DNA of 24,000 nt from Bacillus solitudinis (GCF_002797395.1 NZ_KZ454943.1:4135700-4159699), one strand, 5' to 3'; counted from the stretch's first letter, positions 1 to 8,091 are shown. Notes: generated by a model not told the origin, from the letters alone. Numbers and translations: made by a program.

Positions 1-387
1 ATTGATAATGCTATTAGTGCTGTCAATATTCTACGGGATTACGGTTTTACAGTTGCTCTAGACGATTTTGGAACAGGTGTTTCTTCCCTGTCTTATTTAA
101 AGCGATTACCAATAACAACGTTGAAGATTGATAAATCATTTGTTGATGGTGTACCCGACTCAGAAAATGATTCTGCTATTATCAATGCTATTATTACACT
201 TAGTTCCTCATTAAACTTAAACACCGTCATTGAGGGTGTTGAAACAAAAGAGCAGGTAGACTTTCTAAGAACAATTTCCGAAGCCCTAATTGTCCAAGGA
301 TATTACTTCGCACGTCCAATGCATGCGGAAGAACTTCTTGATTGGTACGAAGACTTTAAGAAAAAACAAGTGGAATTTGTATTATAA
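1..387 (+). CDS. EAL-domain c-di-GMP phosphodiesterase, C-terminal part (5' end lies outside the window)
   Basis: Frame 1 is open from base 1. It translates to ...ALDDFGTGVSSLSYLKRLPITTLKIDKSFV...EGVETKEQVDFL...QGYYFARP, the typical EAL blocks. Stop at 385-387. Confidence 0.85.
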   Translation: MDNAISAVNILRDYGFTVALDDFGTGVSSLSYLKRLPITTLKIDKSFVDGVPDSENDSAIINAIITLSSSLNLNTVIEGVETKEQVDFLRTISEALIVQGYYFARPMHAEELLDWYEDFKKKQVEFVL

Positions 388-433
388 TTTTTAGTTAATA
401 CAAACTTAAATAATTTCTAAAAGGAGTTATTCT

Positions 434-1366
434 ATGGCTACCTACTATATAGAACCTCAAAAACAGACACTTCACGGCTCTTTTTCCAAAAGCTTTAAAC
501 CAATAGTAACAATAAATTCTGGGGATTCTGTTCGTTATTCTACACTTGATGCATTATGGGGAATCGAACCTTTTAAAACAACAGATAATCGCAGAGTTTT
601 TGAAACAAAAGGGTTAAAACAAAATAGTGGTCACGCCCTTTGTGGTCCAATAGCCATTAACGGTGCTAAGCCAGGTATGGTTCTAATGATTAAAATCAAT
701 GAAATTCGTCCAGCTTCTTGGGGATGGAGTTTTGCAGGTGGTTCAAATCAATTCAAAAGGCGATTAGGGTTAGAAGAACAAGATGGGTATCACTTAAATT
801 GGGAGTTAGATACAAAAAATATGATTGGAATAAGTCAGTTCAATCATCAAGTTTCTTTATCACCCTTTATGGGGACTATGGGGATGCCTCCAAATGAACC
901 TGGAATTCATTCAACTATCCCTCCACGATTTTGCGGTGGAAATATTGATTGTAAAGAACTAGTTGAAGAAAGTATTTTATATCTCCCAATTCCTATTTCT
1001 GGGGGATTGTTCTCAGTTGGGGACGGACACGCCTTACAAGGTGATGGTGAAGTTAGCACGCAAGCGATTGAATGCCCAATGGATGTTGTAGATTTAACTT
1101 TTACGCTTAAAGATGACTTGAATTTATCTATGCCCCGTGCTAATACCCCAGCAGGTTGGATTACTTTTGGATTTTACGATGACCTTGATGAGGCTTGTTT
1201 GATTGCACTTGACGGAATGCTAGACCTCATGGAAGAACTTTACGGTTTCAGTCGTAAAGAAGCTTATACTCTAGCTAGTTTGACAGTAAATATGAGGATT
1301 ACTCAAATCGTTAATGGAACTAAAGGTGTTCACGCAATTCTACCTCACGATGCTTTTATTAATTAA
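434..1366 (+). CDS. acetamidase/formamidase (FmdA/AmdA) family protein
   Basis: 310-aa ORF. AAGGAG RBS lies 8 nt upstream of the ATG. Contains family-typical GGNIDCKEL and VGDGHALQGDGEV segments. Confidence 0.8.
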   Translation: MATYYIEPQKQTLHGSFSKSFKPIVTINSGDSVRYSTLDALWGIEPFKTTDNRRVFETKGLKQNSGHALCGPIAINGAKPGMVLMIKINEIRPASWGWSFAGGSNQFKRRLGLEEQDGYHLNWELDTKNMIGISQFNHQVSLSPFMGTMGMPPNEPGIHSTIPPRFCGGNIDCKELVEESILYLPIPISGGLFSVGDGHALQGDGEVSTQAIECPMDVVDLTFTLKDDLNLSMPRANTPAGWITFGFYDDLDEACLIALDGMLDLMEELYGFSRKEAYTLASLTVNMRITQIVNGTKGVHAILPHDAFIN

Positions 1367-1437
1367 ATACAATTTTAATTCCTTACTTCTTCTTACTAAT
1401 GAAGGGCAGGGGTATGACATTTCTCCTATTAAGAGTA

Positions 1438-1455
1438 TGTGAAGGATTGTACTTA
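1438..1455 (+). repeat. Copy C of the 18-nt intergenic motif TGTGARNGAWTGTACTTA
   Basis: tgtgaaggattgtactta matches 11385-11402 at 16/18 and 21860-21877 at 15/18. All three copies are on the + strand and intergenic. Confidence 0.5.
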
Positions 1456-1507
1456 TAGTAATGGTGTAAATTAAGTTAAGAAACAACGTACGTTTCCATA
1501 TAGGATC

Positions 1508-1536
1508 TTGACCTAATTTTATCCATATTTTAGAAT
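1508..1536 (+). promoter_or_regulatory. sigmaA-type promoter for the T-box leader
   Basis: TTGACC (1508-1513), 17-nt spacer, TAGAAT (1531-1536). Confidence 0.55.
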
Positions 1537-1544
1537 GAAACTAA

Positions 1545-1821
1545 TATAAACAGTGCGATGATGAAGAAGAGTAAACTATCAAGAACGCTTCAGAGAGCTG
1601 ATGGTTGGTGGAAATCAGTGCGGGACGTTAGTTGAATGGGCTTTTGAGCAACTAAACTGAATTATTTAGTAGGTTTAGCGAATTGTCTTACCGTTAAAAG
1701 AGACTAAGTATTGAAACAACTATCATGTTTCTGTACGGATAAGTGCGTTTGCTTATGTGAACGAATTAAGGTGGCACCACGGGTTACTCGTCCTTTTATT
1801 TTGGGATGGGTAGCCCTTTTT
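1545..1821 (+). promoter_or_regulatory. T-box riboswitch leader with a tryptophan (UGG) specifier
   Basis: Stem I base tgcgatgatgaagaagagta starts at 1554. AGAGAG box at 1592-1597 and distal loop ggttggtggaa. Specifier context GAA-UGG-G has UGG at 1637-1639. T-box sequence aattaaGGTGGCACCACGG lies at about 1764-1783 and overlaps the 5' arm of the terminator. Confidence 0.85.
1781..1821 (+). terminator. T-box intrinsic terminator
   Basis: gggttactcgtcc pairs with ggatgggtagccc: a 13-bp stem including 3 G.U pairs. It is followed by TTTTT (1817-1821). Confidence 0.8.
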
Positions 1822-1854
1822 GTATTTAATTATATTAATGAGGGAGGTTTATTT

Positions 1855-2048
1855 ATGAGTAAAACTATATTAACTGGAATAAAATCAACAGGAATAGATT
1901 TATCGAAGAACCACGTGAAAAATATAATGAACTAATGGCCTCTCCAGATAAAATAGACGCAATCCTTAGAGATGGAGCAGAAAAAGCAAGGTCTCTCACT
2001 TCACCATTTTTAATGGAAATTAAGAGTAAAATCGGTATTTATGTATAA
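1855..2048 (+). pseudogene. trpS: tryptophanyl-tRNA synthetase remnant with an internal deletion
   Basis: GAGGGAGG RBS, then ATG at 1855. MSKTILTGIKSTG resembles the TrpRS N-terminus (MKQTIFSGIQPSG). From about 1893, a different frame reads FIEEPREKYNELMASPDKIDAILRDGAEKARSL...KIGIYV* and resembles the TrpRS C-terminus. About 265 codons of catalytic core are absent. Confidence 0.8.
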
Positions 2049-2411
2049 TCAATAAGAGACATTGTGAAGCATTGTATTTAAACAAACGGGTGTGTTCCTG
2101 CAACACCAGAAGGAGCGTTTTTTCACTAATGTTTCAGGAAAGTTGAAGAAGAACAGTTTTATATTACCAATTTATGTATTATGAGTTATAATAATTTTAA
2201 TCTTTCAAATGAGGTGAACGGAATGTCTAATCGTATTGTTCGAAGTAATTAGTTTTCGGGTTGGAAAAAACGCGTACCAGCCATAAAGGGAGGGGTCTGC
2301 CCTTTTTTGAAAACAAAAACTTGGAACAGTGTTGTTAGTCATTATGCAACGACAATCTCAAGACACTGAACTGCGTCTAAGGTTTTTTACATTTGAAAGG
2401 TGGAAAAAAAT

Positions 2412-3158
2412 ATGAATGAATTAGATTATAAAAGCTTTTATGACAAAGTTGGGAAAACAAACGGTTGGGATTTTAGTAAATTAAAAGTTTCATTAGAAGG
2501 AGCATTGTGGGATTTCAATGAAGAAATAAAGAAAAAATCGAAGCCTTCAGACATTCTTCTAGATATTGGGACAGGTGGAGGAGAAAATGTATTAACTATT
2601 GCTTCCTCGCTCCTTTTCTTAGTGGGTATAGATATATCCACTGGAATGATTGAAACAGCTCAAAATAATTTAATGAAATCTAGTATATCAAATGTTCGAT
2701 TTTCTCAAATGTCTTCTGACGAATTAAAATTCCCTGCTCGATTTTTTGATGTAGTTACGTGCCGTCACGCACCATTTAGTTCAATAGAAATTGCAAAAGT
2801 ATTAAAAAAGGGCGGGTACTTTTTAACTCAACAAGTCGGTGAAAGAGATAAGATAAATATAAAAAAAGCATTTAATCAAGGGCAATTGGTTGAAGAAAAT
2901 GAGGCATTATTAACACGGTATGTCCGAGAGCTAAAAGAAACAGGTTTTTCTGAAGTTGAATACTTAGAATATGATGCTAATGACTATTATCAAAGACCTG
3001 AAGATCTCATATTCTTACTTAAACATACGCCTACCATCCCTAATTTTGGTGAAGAAAATCACGACTTTGAAATATTGAATGATTTTATTGAAAACAATCG
3101 AACTGAAAAAGGAATTCGAACAAATTCCAAAAGGTTTCTAATAATAGCAAAAAAGTAA
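2412..3158 (+). CDS. class I SAM-dependent methyltransferase
   Basis: LLDIGTGGGEN is SAM-binding motif I. The ATG at 2412 sits about 9 nt after the gaaaggtgg RBS. The track's GTG at 2400 overlaps the RBS and is less likely. Confidence 0.8.
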   Translation: MNELDYKSFYDKVGKTNGWDFSKLKVSLEGALWDFNEEIKKKSKPSDILLDIGTGGGENVLTIASSLLFLVGIDISTGMIETAQNNLMKSSISNVRFSQMSSDELKFPARFFDVVTCRHAPFSSIEIAKVLKKGGYFLTQQVGERDKINIKKAFNQGQLVEENEALLTRYVRELKETGFSEVEYLEYDANDYYQRPEDLIFLLKHTPTIPNFGEENHDFEILNDFIENNRTEKGIRTNSKRFLIIAKK

Positions 3159-3218
3159 TCATGTTACTTACAACTTGTGTTGGTGCCCTTAATGGTTAAA
3201 AACAGTAATGTTGCACAG

Positions 3219-3247
3219 TGCCTCCAATCATATTGGGGGCATTTTTT
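3219..3247 (+). terminator. intrinsic terminator after the methyltransferase gene
   Basis: tgcctcca / tgggggca form an 8-bp stem with one G.U pair and a 7-nt loop, followed by TTTTTT (3242-3247). Confidence 0.75.
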
Positions 3248-3272
3248 AAATTTTTATAGGAGAGTGGATAAA

Positions 3273-4307
3273 TTGCTATTAAAAAATGATTACACAAACT
3301 TGTTTGAAGATGTACATACTCATGTAAAGGAAAGTGCTGAAAAGATGGGTTCCAGCGGTGACGCTCTATTTATTATCCATAACGACAAAATCGTAACAGA
3401 GTCTTATTTTGGTAAACAGTCGAATGCTTCACATGCTCGAGATGTGAAAGCAGACACTCAATTCCACATTGCCTCCGTAAGAAAGGCTTATATCGGTTTT
3501 GCTGCTGCTTACGCTATATACCATGGCTACTTTTCCATTGATGATCCGATTCGATGGTTTGTTGAAGACTCTCATTTATCCGCATATGAAGGTGTAACCA
3601 TTCGTCACTTAATAACCCACACACATGGATTAAAAATAGCTGATGGTAAATTAATTAGTGAATATAAACCCGGTGAATTATGGGCATATAGAGGTCCCAG
3701 TATTGAGTTGTTAACAACGATTATCAAAAAAACAACGGGACAGTCCGTTGCTGATATTGTAAAAGAGCAGGTCATTGATCCAGTCGGCTTACAATCAACA
3801 GAATGGATTAAGATGAGTCAGCCTCACTCAAAAATTGCAAACACTATTCGAGATGCAGATAACTTGTTCTGGACTGAGACGGATGTAGTAGATGGTTCTG
3901 GAATGAATATGTATGTGTCTGCACAAGAGCTTGCTTTATGGGGCTACCTTCATTTAACAGAAGGGAAATGGGGAGGAAAACAGCTTATTCCTAGAGAAAT
4001 CATTCAAATGGCAACATCCATTCAGACTCCTAACCCGAGACTTCCTATTCATAAGAACGGATTTTTATGGTTTGTAAAAGACACGAACCATACCTTTAAC
4101 CAAATAGGCGATACCCTTCCAAAAGGCTCCTATCAATTACTCGGCTACACAAATGTAGCTCTGCTCGTCATTCCAGAGGAAAACGTAGTAGCGGTAAGAA
4201 TGTTTAACTATTATGGTTCACCTGAAGGATACGATTATCTTAACGACATTCGCTCTTTTGGAGACACTGTTTATAAATGTTCTATAAAGACAAGTCCAAC
4301 GCAATAA
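3273..4307 (+). CDS. serine hydrolase, beta-lactamase/PBP (transpeptidase-like) family
   Basis: SxxK motif in FHIASVRKAY. Start placed at TTG 3273, after the AGGAGAG RBS and downstream of the 3219-3247 terminator. The track's GTG at 3177 would read through that terminator, so the start is uncertain. Confidence 0.75.
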   Translation: MLLKNDYTNLFEDVHTHVKESAEKMGSSGDALFIIHNDKIVTESYFGKQSNASHARDVKADTQFHIASVRKAYIGFAAAYAIYHGYFSIDDPIRWFVEDSHLSAYEGVTIRHLITHTHGLKIADGKLISEYKPGELWAYRGPSIELLTTIIKKTTGQSVADIVKEQVIDPVGLQSTEWIKMSQPHSKIANTIRDADNLFWTETDVVDGSGMNMYVSAQELALWGYLHLTEGKWGGKQLIPREIIQMATSIQTPNPRLPIHKNGFLWFVKDTNHTFNQIGDTLPKGSYQLLGYTNVALLVIPEENVVAVRMFNYYGSPEGYDYLNDIRSFGDTVYKCSIKTSPTQ

Positions 4308-4323
4308 CACCAAAGTTTGGAAA

Positions 4324-4560
4324 GTGTCGCAGTGTTTTACAATCAGTCGTACAGCCATTGCAAAACATCTTCATATACTTTCAGAAGCAAATTTAGTGAG
4401 TGGAAAAAAAGTAGGCAGAGAAAAAATTTATCAGTTACAACCAGAACCGTTAACAGAAGTAAAACAATGGCTTTCTTACTACGAACAATTTTGGAATAAC
4501 AAGTTGTCAATTCTTAAACATGTAGTTGAAAATGACGATGATAATGGCAGAATTCCTTAG
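4324..4560 (+). pseudogene. ArsR/SmtB-family regulator fragment lacking its N-terminal ~35 residues
   Basis: Begins inside the recognition helix (VSQCFTISRTAIAKHLHILSEANLV) and abuts the upstream gene's stop codon. The missing part corresponds to what the ArsR gene at 23900 encodes (..DPTRRKVLRLLANNELAITEI). Confidence 0.7.
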
Positions 4561-4908
4561 TATTTTTTACAGCTAAAAAAGATTCTACAAGAATATGAGG
4601 ATAGCTTAACTGTAAAGACGGATATGGAGGATGAATACTATCAAACACTCCCAAATAATCCTGTTACTAAATCCTGTGAAGGGTATTTTGGGTGTATTCA
4701 TCTTAAGAAAAGCTATGTGAGTTTTTATCTTATGCCTGTTTATGTTAATTCAGAATTACTTGAAGGTATCTCACAGACTCTAAAAAAGCGAATGCAAAGA
4801 AAGTCATGTTTCATTTTAAAGAAAATCGATAAAGCGTTATTTGAAGAATTACAGGAGAGAACGGAAAAAGGGTTTTATAAATATAAAGCTAGTGGATGGT
4901 TAAAATAG
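4532..4908 (+). pseudogene. DUF1801 (YdhG-like) family protein, frameshifted in a T6 run
   Basis: ATG 4532/4544 reads ..MAEFLSIF and then hits a stop. Adding one T to the T6 run at 4563-4568 joins it to LQLKKILQEYEDSLTVK...SYVSFYLMPVY...RKSCFILKKID..., a full-length DUF1801-like protein. Confidence 0.65.
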
Positions 4909-4921
4909 GGAGGAATAAGGA

Positions 4922-5380
4922 GTGCCAGATCAAGCTGCTACAATTAAGAAACTACAGTTAAAAGATCAGAGTAAACCAATATTGATTATAAATGCTCCGA
5001 AGGAATACGGAGAAGTTATAAAAGTCTTTGAAGCGGAAGTACATAAAGAGATTGGATTAGATTCGTATCCATTCGTACAGGTATTCGGTTCTTCTAATGA
5101 AGAAATCCAAACATATGCGAAGAAGGGTTCAGAGGTTGTGGAAGAAGACGGCTTATTATGGCTTTGTTATCCTAAAAAATCATCGAAGGTGTATAAAGTA
5201 TCCAATTGTAGTCGTGAGACAGTCGCTACTTTACTAGCTGATGAGGGCTTTGAACCAGTTCGTCAAGTAGCTATTGATGAAGATTGGTCCGCATTGCGTT
5301 TCAGACCAGTTGATAAAATTAAGAATATGACAAGAAAAAGGGCGGTAACAGAAAAAGGAAAAAAGCGAATTGAAAAGTAA
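4922..5380 (+). CDS. conserved hypothetical protein (possibly DUF3052-like); function unknown
   Basis: 152-aa ORF with a GTG start 9 nt after GGGAGG. Followed by a strong terminator. The family assignment rests on recollection of the LLWLCYPKK...WSALRFRP pattern only. Confidence 0.55.
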   Translation: MPDQAATIKKLQLKDQSKPILIINAPKEYGEVIKVFEAEVHKEIGLDSYPFVQVFGSSNEEIQTYAKKGSEVVEEDGLLWLCYPKKSSKVYKVSNCSRETVATLLADEGFEPVRQVAIDEDWSALRFRPVDKIKNMTRKRAVTEKGKKRIEK

Positions 5381-5388
5381 ATAGTTAT

Positions 5389-5428
5389 GGCAAGTATATT
5401 CGAGGCACTCCTATACTTGCCGTTTTTT
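5389..5428 (+). terminator. intrinsic terminator
   Basis: ggcaagtata / tatacttgcc form a 10-bp perfect stem, followed by gTTTTTT. Confidence 0.85.
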
Positions 5429-5631
5429 AATTCAGGTTATTCAACAAAAGGGTACGAGTATTTCGAGCAACACTTCAACTAAAGTGCAGTTCATTTTGGA
5501 GTTATTAAGTGGCAGCGGTAAACAAAGTCAGATTTATGAAATTAGTCTCTAAAATATTCATATCTAAATTGGATTTTATTAAAGTGTGGAAGAGATTTGT
5601 CCTTAAACTATAGCGTGCTTATTTGAAAATG

Positions 5632-5716
5632 TTCGGGGCCGTAAAAAAGTGTCTCACTTTTTGGACACGTTTGACGGACCGAAGTGACCTCGAGCGGCTA
5701 GGCGCTGGAGCTAGAC
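5632..5716. other. GC-rich structured island in an AT-rich spacer (possible REP-like element or small RNA)
   Basis: Long imperfect hairpin ttcgg-gg-ccgt-aaaaaa-gtgtc...gacac-gttt-g-acgg-a-ccgaa at 5632-5683. It is followed by cctcgagcggctaggcgctggagctag. No ORF is present. Confidence 0.3.
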
Positions 5717-5756
5717 TGTTATCCACAGAACCAAAATCTATAGTTTCCTAGACAAT

Positions 5757-5780
5757 AAAAAAAGCTGGCATTTACCAGCT
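5757..5780 (-). terminator. intrinsic terminator of the minus-strand ArsR-SRPBCC-VOC operon
   Basis: The minus strand reads agctggtaaatgccagcTTTTTTT: a 6-bp stem plus a T7 run, 40 nt after the stop at 5820. Confidence 0.75.
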
Positions 5781-5819
5781 TGAAAATCAATCATTTTTTA
5801 ATTCGGAGCAACACAACTG

Positions 5820-6731
5820 TTACTTACCTTGATGTGCTTCTTTTAATTTTTCTATGTCAAATTTTTTCATTTGAAGAAATGCTTTTGTTAATCGATCCAG
5901 TTGTTCGTTCGTCCCGTCTGCCATCATTTCTCCCATAACCTCTGGCCAGATTTGCCACGAGACACCGTACTTATCTTTCAACCAACCACATTGTTCAGTT
6001 TTTGGATCTGAGGAAAGTTTTTCCCAATAGTAATCTATTTCTTCTTGATTCTCACACCGAACTAAAAGTGAAATGGCTTCATTAAAATTGAAGGCATGTG
6101 GCTGAGCGCTGTCCATTGCGGCAAACCATTGATTCTCAATCATAAAATCTGTAAATATCAATGTCCCTTCCTTTTCTGGTTCCATGCCAGCTGGATAACG
6201 AGCGATTTCCCCTCGTCGTGAATCATTGAAAACAGAAAGATAAAAGTCACTGGCTGCTTCTGCTTTACCGCATACTTCTTGAACATACATCATTGAAGGT
6301 ATGATAAATGGTCGTTTCTTACCTTCTGAGTTTGTGAGGATCAGCTGCCATGTCAGGCCATACTTATCCTGTATCCATCCGTAGCGTTTACTGAACGGAT
6401 ATTCTTGAAGTGGCATAAGTGGTGTCCCGTCTTGGGACAGCTTTTCCCACAATTGATCTAATTTTTCCCTTGCGTTCTTATCTATTGAAGGATCAAAATT
6501 GACAAAAAAAGAAATCGAAGGATTGAACTGAAAATTTGGACCTCCATTTATGGCCATGAATGAATATCCTGATATATTAAAAGAAACGACATCGCTATCT
6601 CCAGATGGCGTGTTGCGAACTGTTGTGATATTGGTGACTTTTGAATCAGGAAAAATGGTTGTGTAAAATTGAGTAGCTTCTTTTGCTTCATAATTAAACC
6701 ACAGATGGGGGACAATTTTTTGAGTTATAAT
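5820..6731 (-). CDS. VOC-superfamily protein with tandem PhnB / 3-demethylubiquinone-9 3-methyltransferase-like domains; non-canonical start
   Basis: Conserved sequence continues upstream of the track's ATG (6557): ITQKIVPHLWFNYEAKEATQFY...SFMAINGGP. AAGGAGG at 6746-6740 lies 8 nt before an in-frame ATT (6731-6729). No ATG, GTG or TTG occurs in frame between the upstream stop (6761-6759) and 6557. Confidence 0.7.
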   Translation of the reverse strand: MITQKIVPHLWFNYEAKEATQFYTTIFPDSKVTNITTVRNTPSGDSDVVSFNISGYSFMAINGGPNFQFNPSISFFVNFDPSIDKNAREKLDQLWEKLSQDGTPLMPLQEYPFSKRYGWIQDKYGLTWQLILTNSEGKKRPFIIPSMMYVQEVCGKAEAASDFYLSVFNDSRRGEIARYPAGMEPEKEGTLIFTDFMIENQWFAAMDSAQPHAFNFNEAISLLVRCENQEEIDYYWEKLSSDPKTEQCGWLKDKYGVSWQIWPEVMGEMMADGTNEQLDRLTKAFLQMKKFDIEKLKEAHQGK

Positions 6732-6804
6732 TGAGATTTCCTCCTTTTTAATTATGAATTATAGCTTCTGTTTTTTGAATATGCGGCTGTCTTAAGTAAT
6801 ATCT

Positions 6805-7320
6805 TTATTTGATCTCGTTCAGATGCTCTTCCAGACGGTTCCAAGTTTCGGTGATACCTTGTAGCATGCCCATGTCCATAACGGATTTGAGAGCTTCTGC
6901 AGACACATATTCAGCACGGTTAACTAGCTTCGTTTTCCCATCTAGTTCAATGAATTCCAATGTGACCTCGGTTGATGGCATATCCTTGTTGATATTGCCT
7001 TCGGCATCCGAGAAATAATCGGTGTAAACGATTGTCTCTGACTCGATAATATCCTTATATATAACTTTGCCCCAAGATTCCATTCCGTAAAATTCACCTT
7101 GATTTCTGTCCATGCACTTCATGCAATAGTGCCATATACCGCCTGGTCGGAAATCAATGTGGCAAACTGGAAGTTCCCAACCATTAGGTCCCCACCAATG
7201 CTTAAGGTGCTCATGATCTTTAAACATTTTGAATACCATATCGCGTGGTGCATCGAATATGCGTTCCAGTATTAATACGCGATCGTTCTCTACTCTTGAA
7301 CTTATTTCGTTGATTAACAT
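6805..7320 (-). CDS. SRPBCC-superfamily protein (AHSA1/START-like)
   Basis: ATG at 7320 is preceded by GGAGGAG at 7-nt spacing. MLINEISSRVENDRVLILERIFDAPRDMVFKMF..WWGP is a typical AHSA1-type N-terminus. The longer track ORF (to 7392) lacks an RBS. Confidence 0.8.
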   Translation of the reverse strand: MLINEISSRVENDRVLILERIFDAPRDMVFKMFKDHEHLKHWWGPNGWELPVCHIDFRPGGIWHYCMKCMDRNQGEFYGMESWGKVIYKDIIESETIVYTDYFSDAEGNINKDMPSTEVTLEFIELDGKTKLVNRAEYVSAEALKSVMDMGMLQGITETWNRLEEHLNEIK

Positions 7321-7431
7321 CTTAACTCCTCCATTCAAGTAAATGATTTTTTTAGGCAAAATTGAATGCTCATCCAAAAAGGGAAAGGTCATTTATGACT
7401 ACAATATTTATTTACTCTGCTTATCTATACA

Positions 7432-7758
7432 TCAATTAAGTGGTTTTTTTCCCTGCAATACTTTGAGATAATCGTCCAACCGATCCATCCGAGCTTCCCA
7501 AACTCGACGGTAGGATTCAAGCCAAGTATCTAACTCTTGAAACGGTTCTGGTCTCAGTCTATAAATACGACGATTAGCTACTTGCTGAACTTCGACCAGA
7601 CGGGCATCGCTTAATACACGAAGATGTTTCGAGGTTTGGGGTTGGTTTAACTTTAGCTGCTTCGCAATTTCTCCTACTGGAAGCGGTTCGTTTAGAAGAA
7701 GTTCGACGATATCAAGTCGATTGGGTTCAGATAGGGCACTGAAGATTTGCACGTTCAT
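7432..7758 (-). CDS. ArsR/SmtB-family transcriptional regulator
   Basis: 108 aa. Winged HTH: FSALSEPNRLDIVELL...VGEIAKQLKLNQPQTSKHLRVLSDARLV. GGGAGAG RBS. Confidence 0.85.
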   Translation of the reverse strand: MNVQIFSALSEPNRLDIVELLLNEPLPVGEIAKQLKLNQPQTSKHLRVLSDARLVEVQQVANRRIYRLRPEPFQELDTWLESYRRVWEARMDRLDDYLKVLQGKKPLN

Positions 7759-7873
7759 GTTGAATTCTCTCCCAACTGTGTATTTTTCTTAAGAATATAA
7801 GTGCATGTGACTACATTAAGGACACCACCTCCGAAATTCCACAATTACTATGTCATACCTTGTTGTTTATTAC

Positions 7874-7911
7874 ATTATTCCACATTGGGAATATTCCAGT
7901 CAAGGAATATT
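7874..7911 (-). promoter_or_regulatory. candidate promoter with an overlapping composite palindromic operator
   Basis: The + strand reads TATTCC-acattg-GGAATATTCC-agtcaa-GGAATATT (7876-7911). On the - strand, TTGACT (7903-7898) is followed after 18 nt by AATAAT (7879-7874). Confidence 0.45.
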
Positions 7912-8091
7912 GTAATTTTCTTTATCGTTATGAAATCTCGGTCTTAGTAGACTAAATACTGCAATAATTATCTCCATTTGTAATAGGTGACTTTTTGGAA
8001 GGAAATAATGAATTTATAGTAACGAGTTAGTTCGAGATAGTAAAAACTGAGCGGTTTTCAATAATTCGGAGGCGGTAAGTTATTTGAAGAA

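Noticed and set aside
1711-1935. 74-aa track ORF spanning the T-box 3' half and the trpS start
   Set aside because: Its first two thirds lie over the T-box antiterminator and terminator RNA and have no RBS. Only the last 27 codons (from ATG 1855) correspond to a real, now truncated, coding start.
4317-4499. 60-aa ORF overlapping the ArsR fragment in another frame
   Set aside because: The alternative frame (4324-4560) gives a clear ArsR wHTH sequence. This frame has no recognisable similarity.
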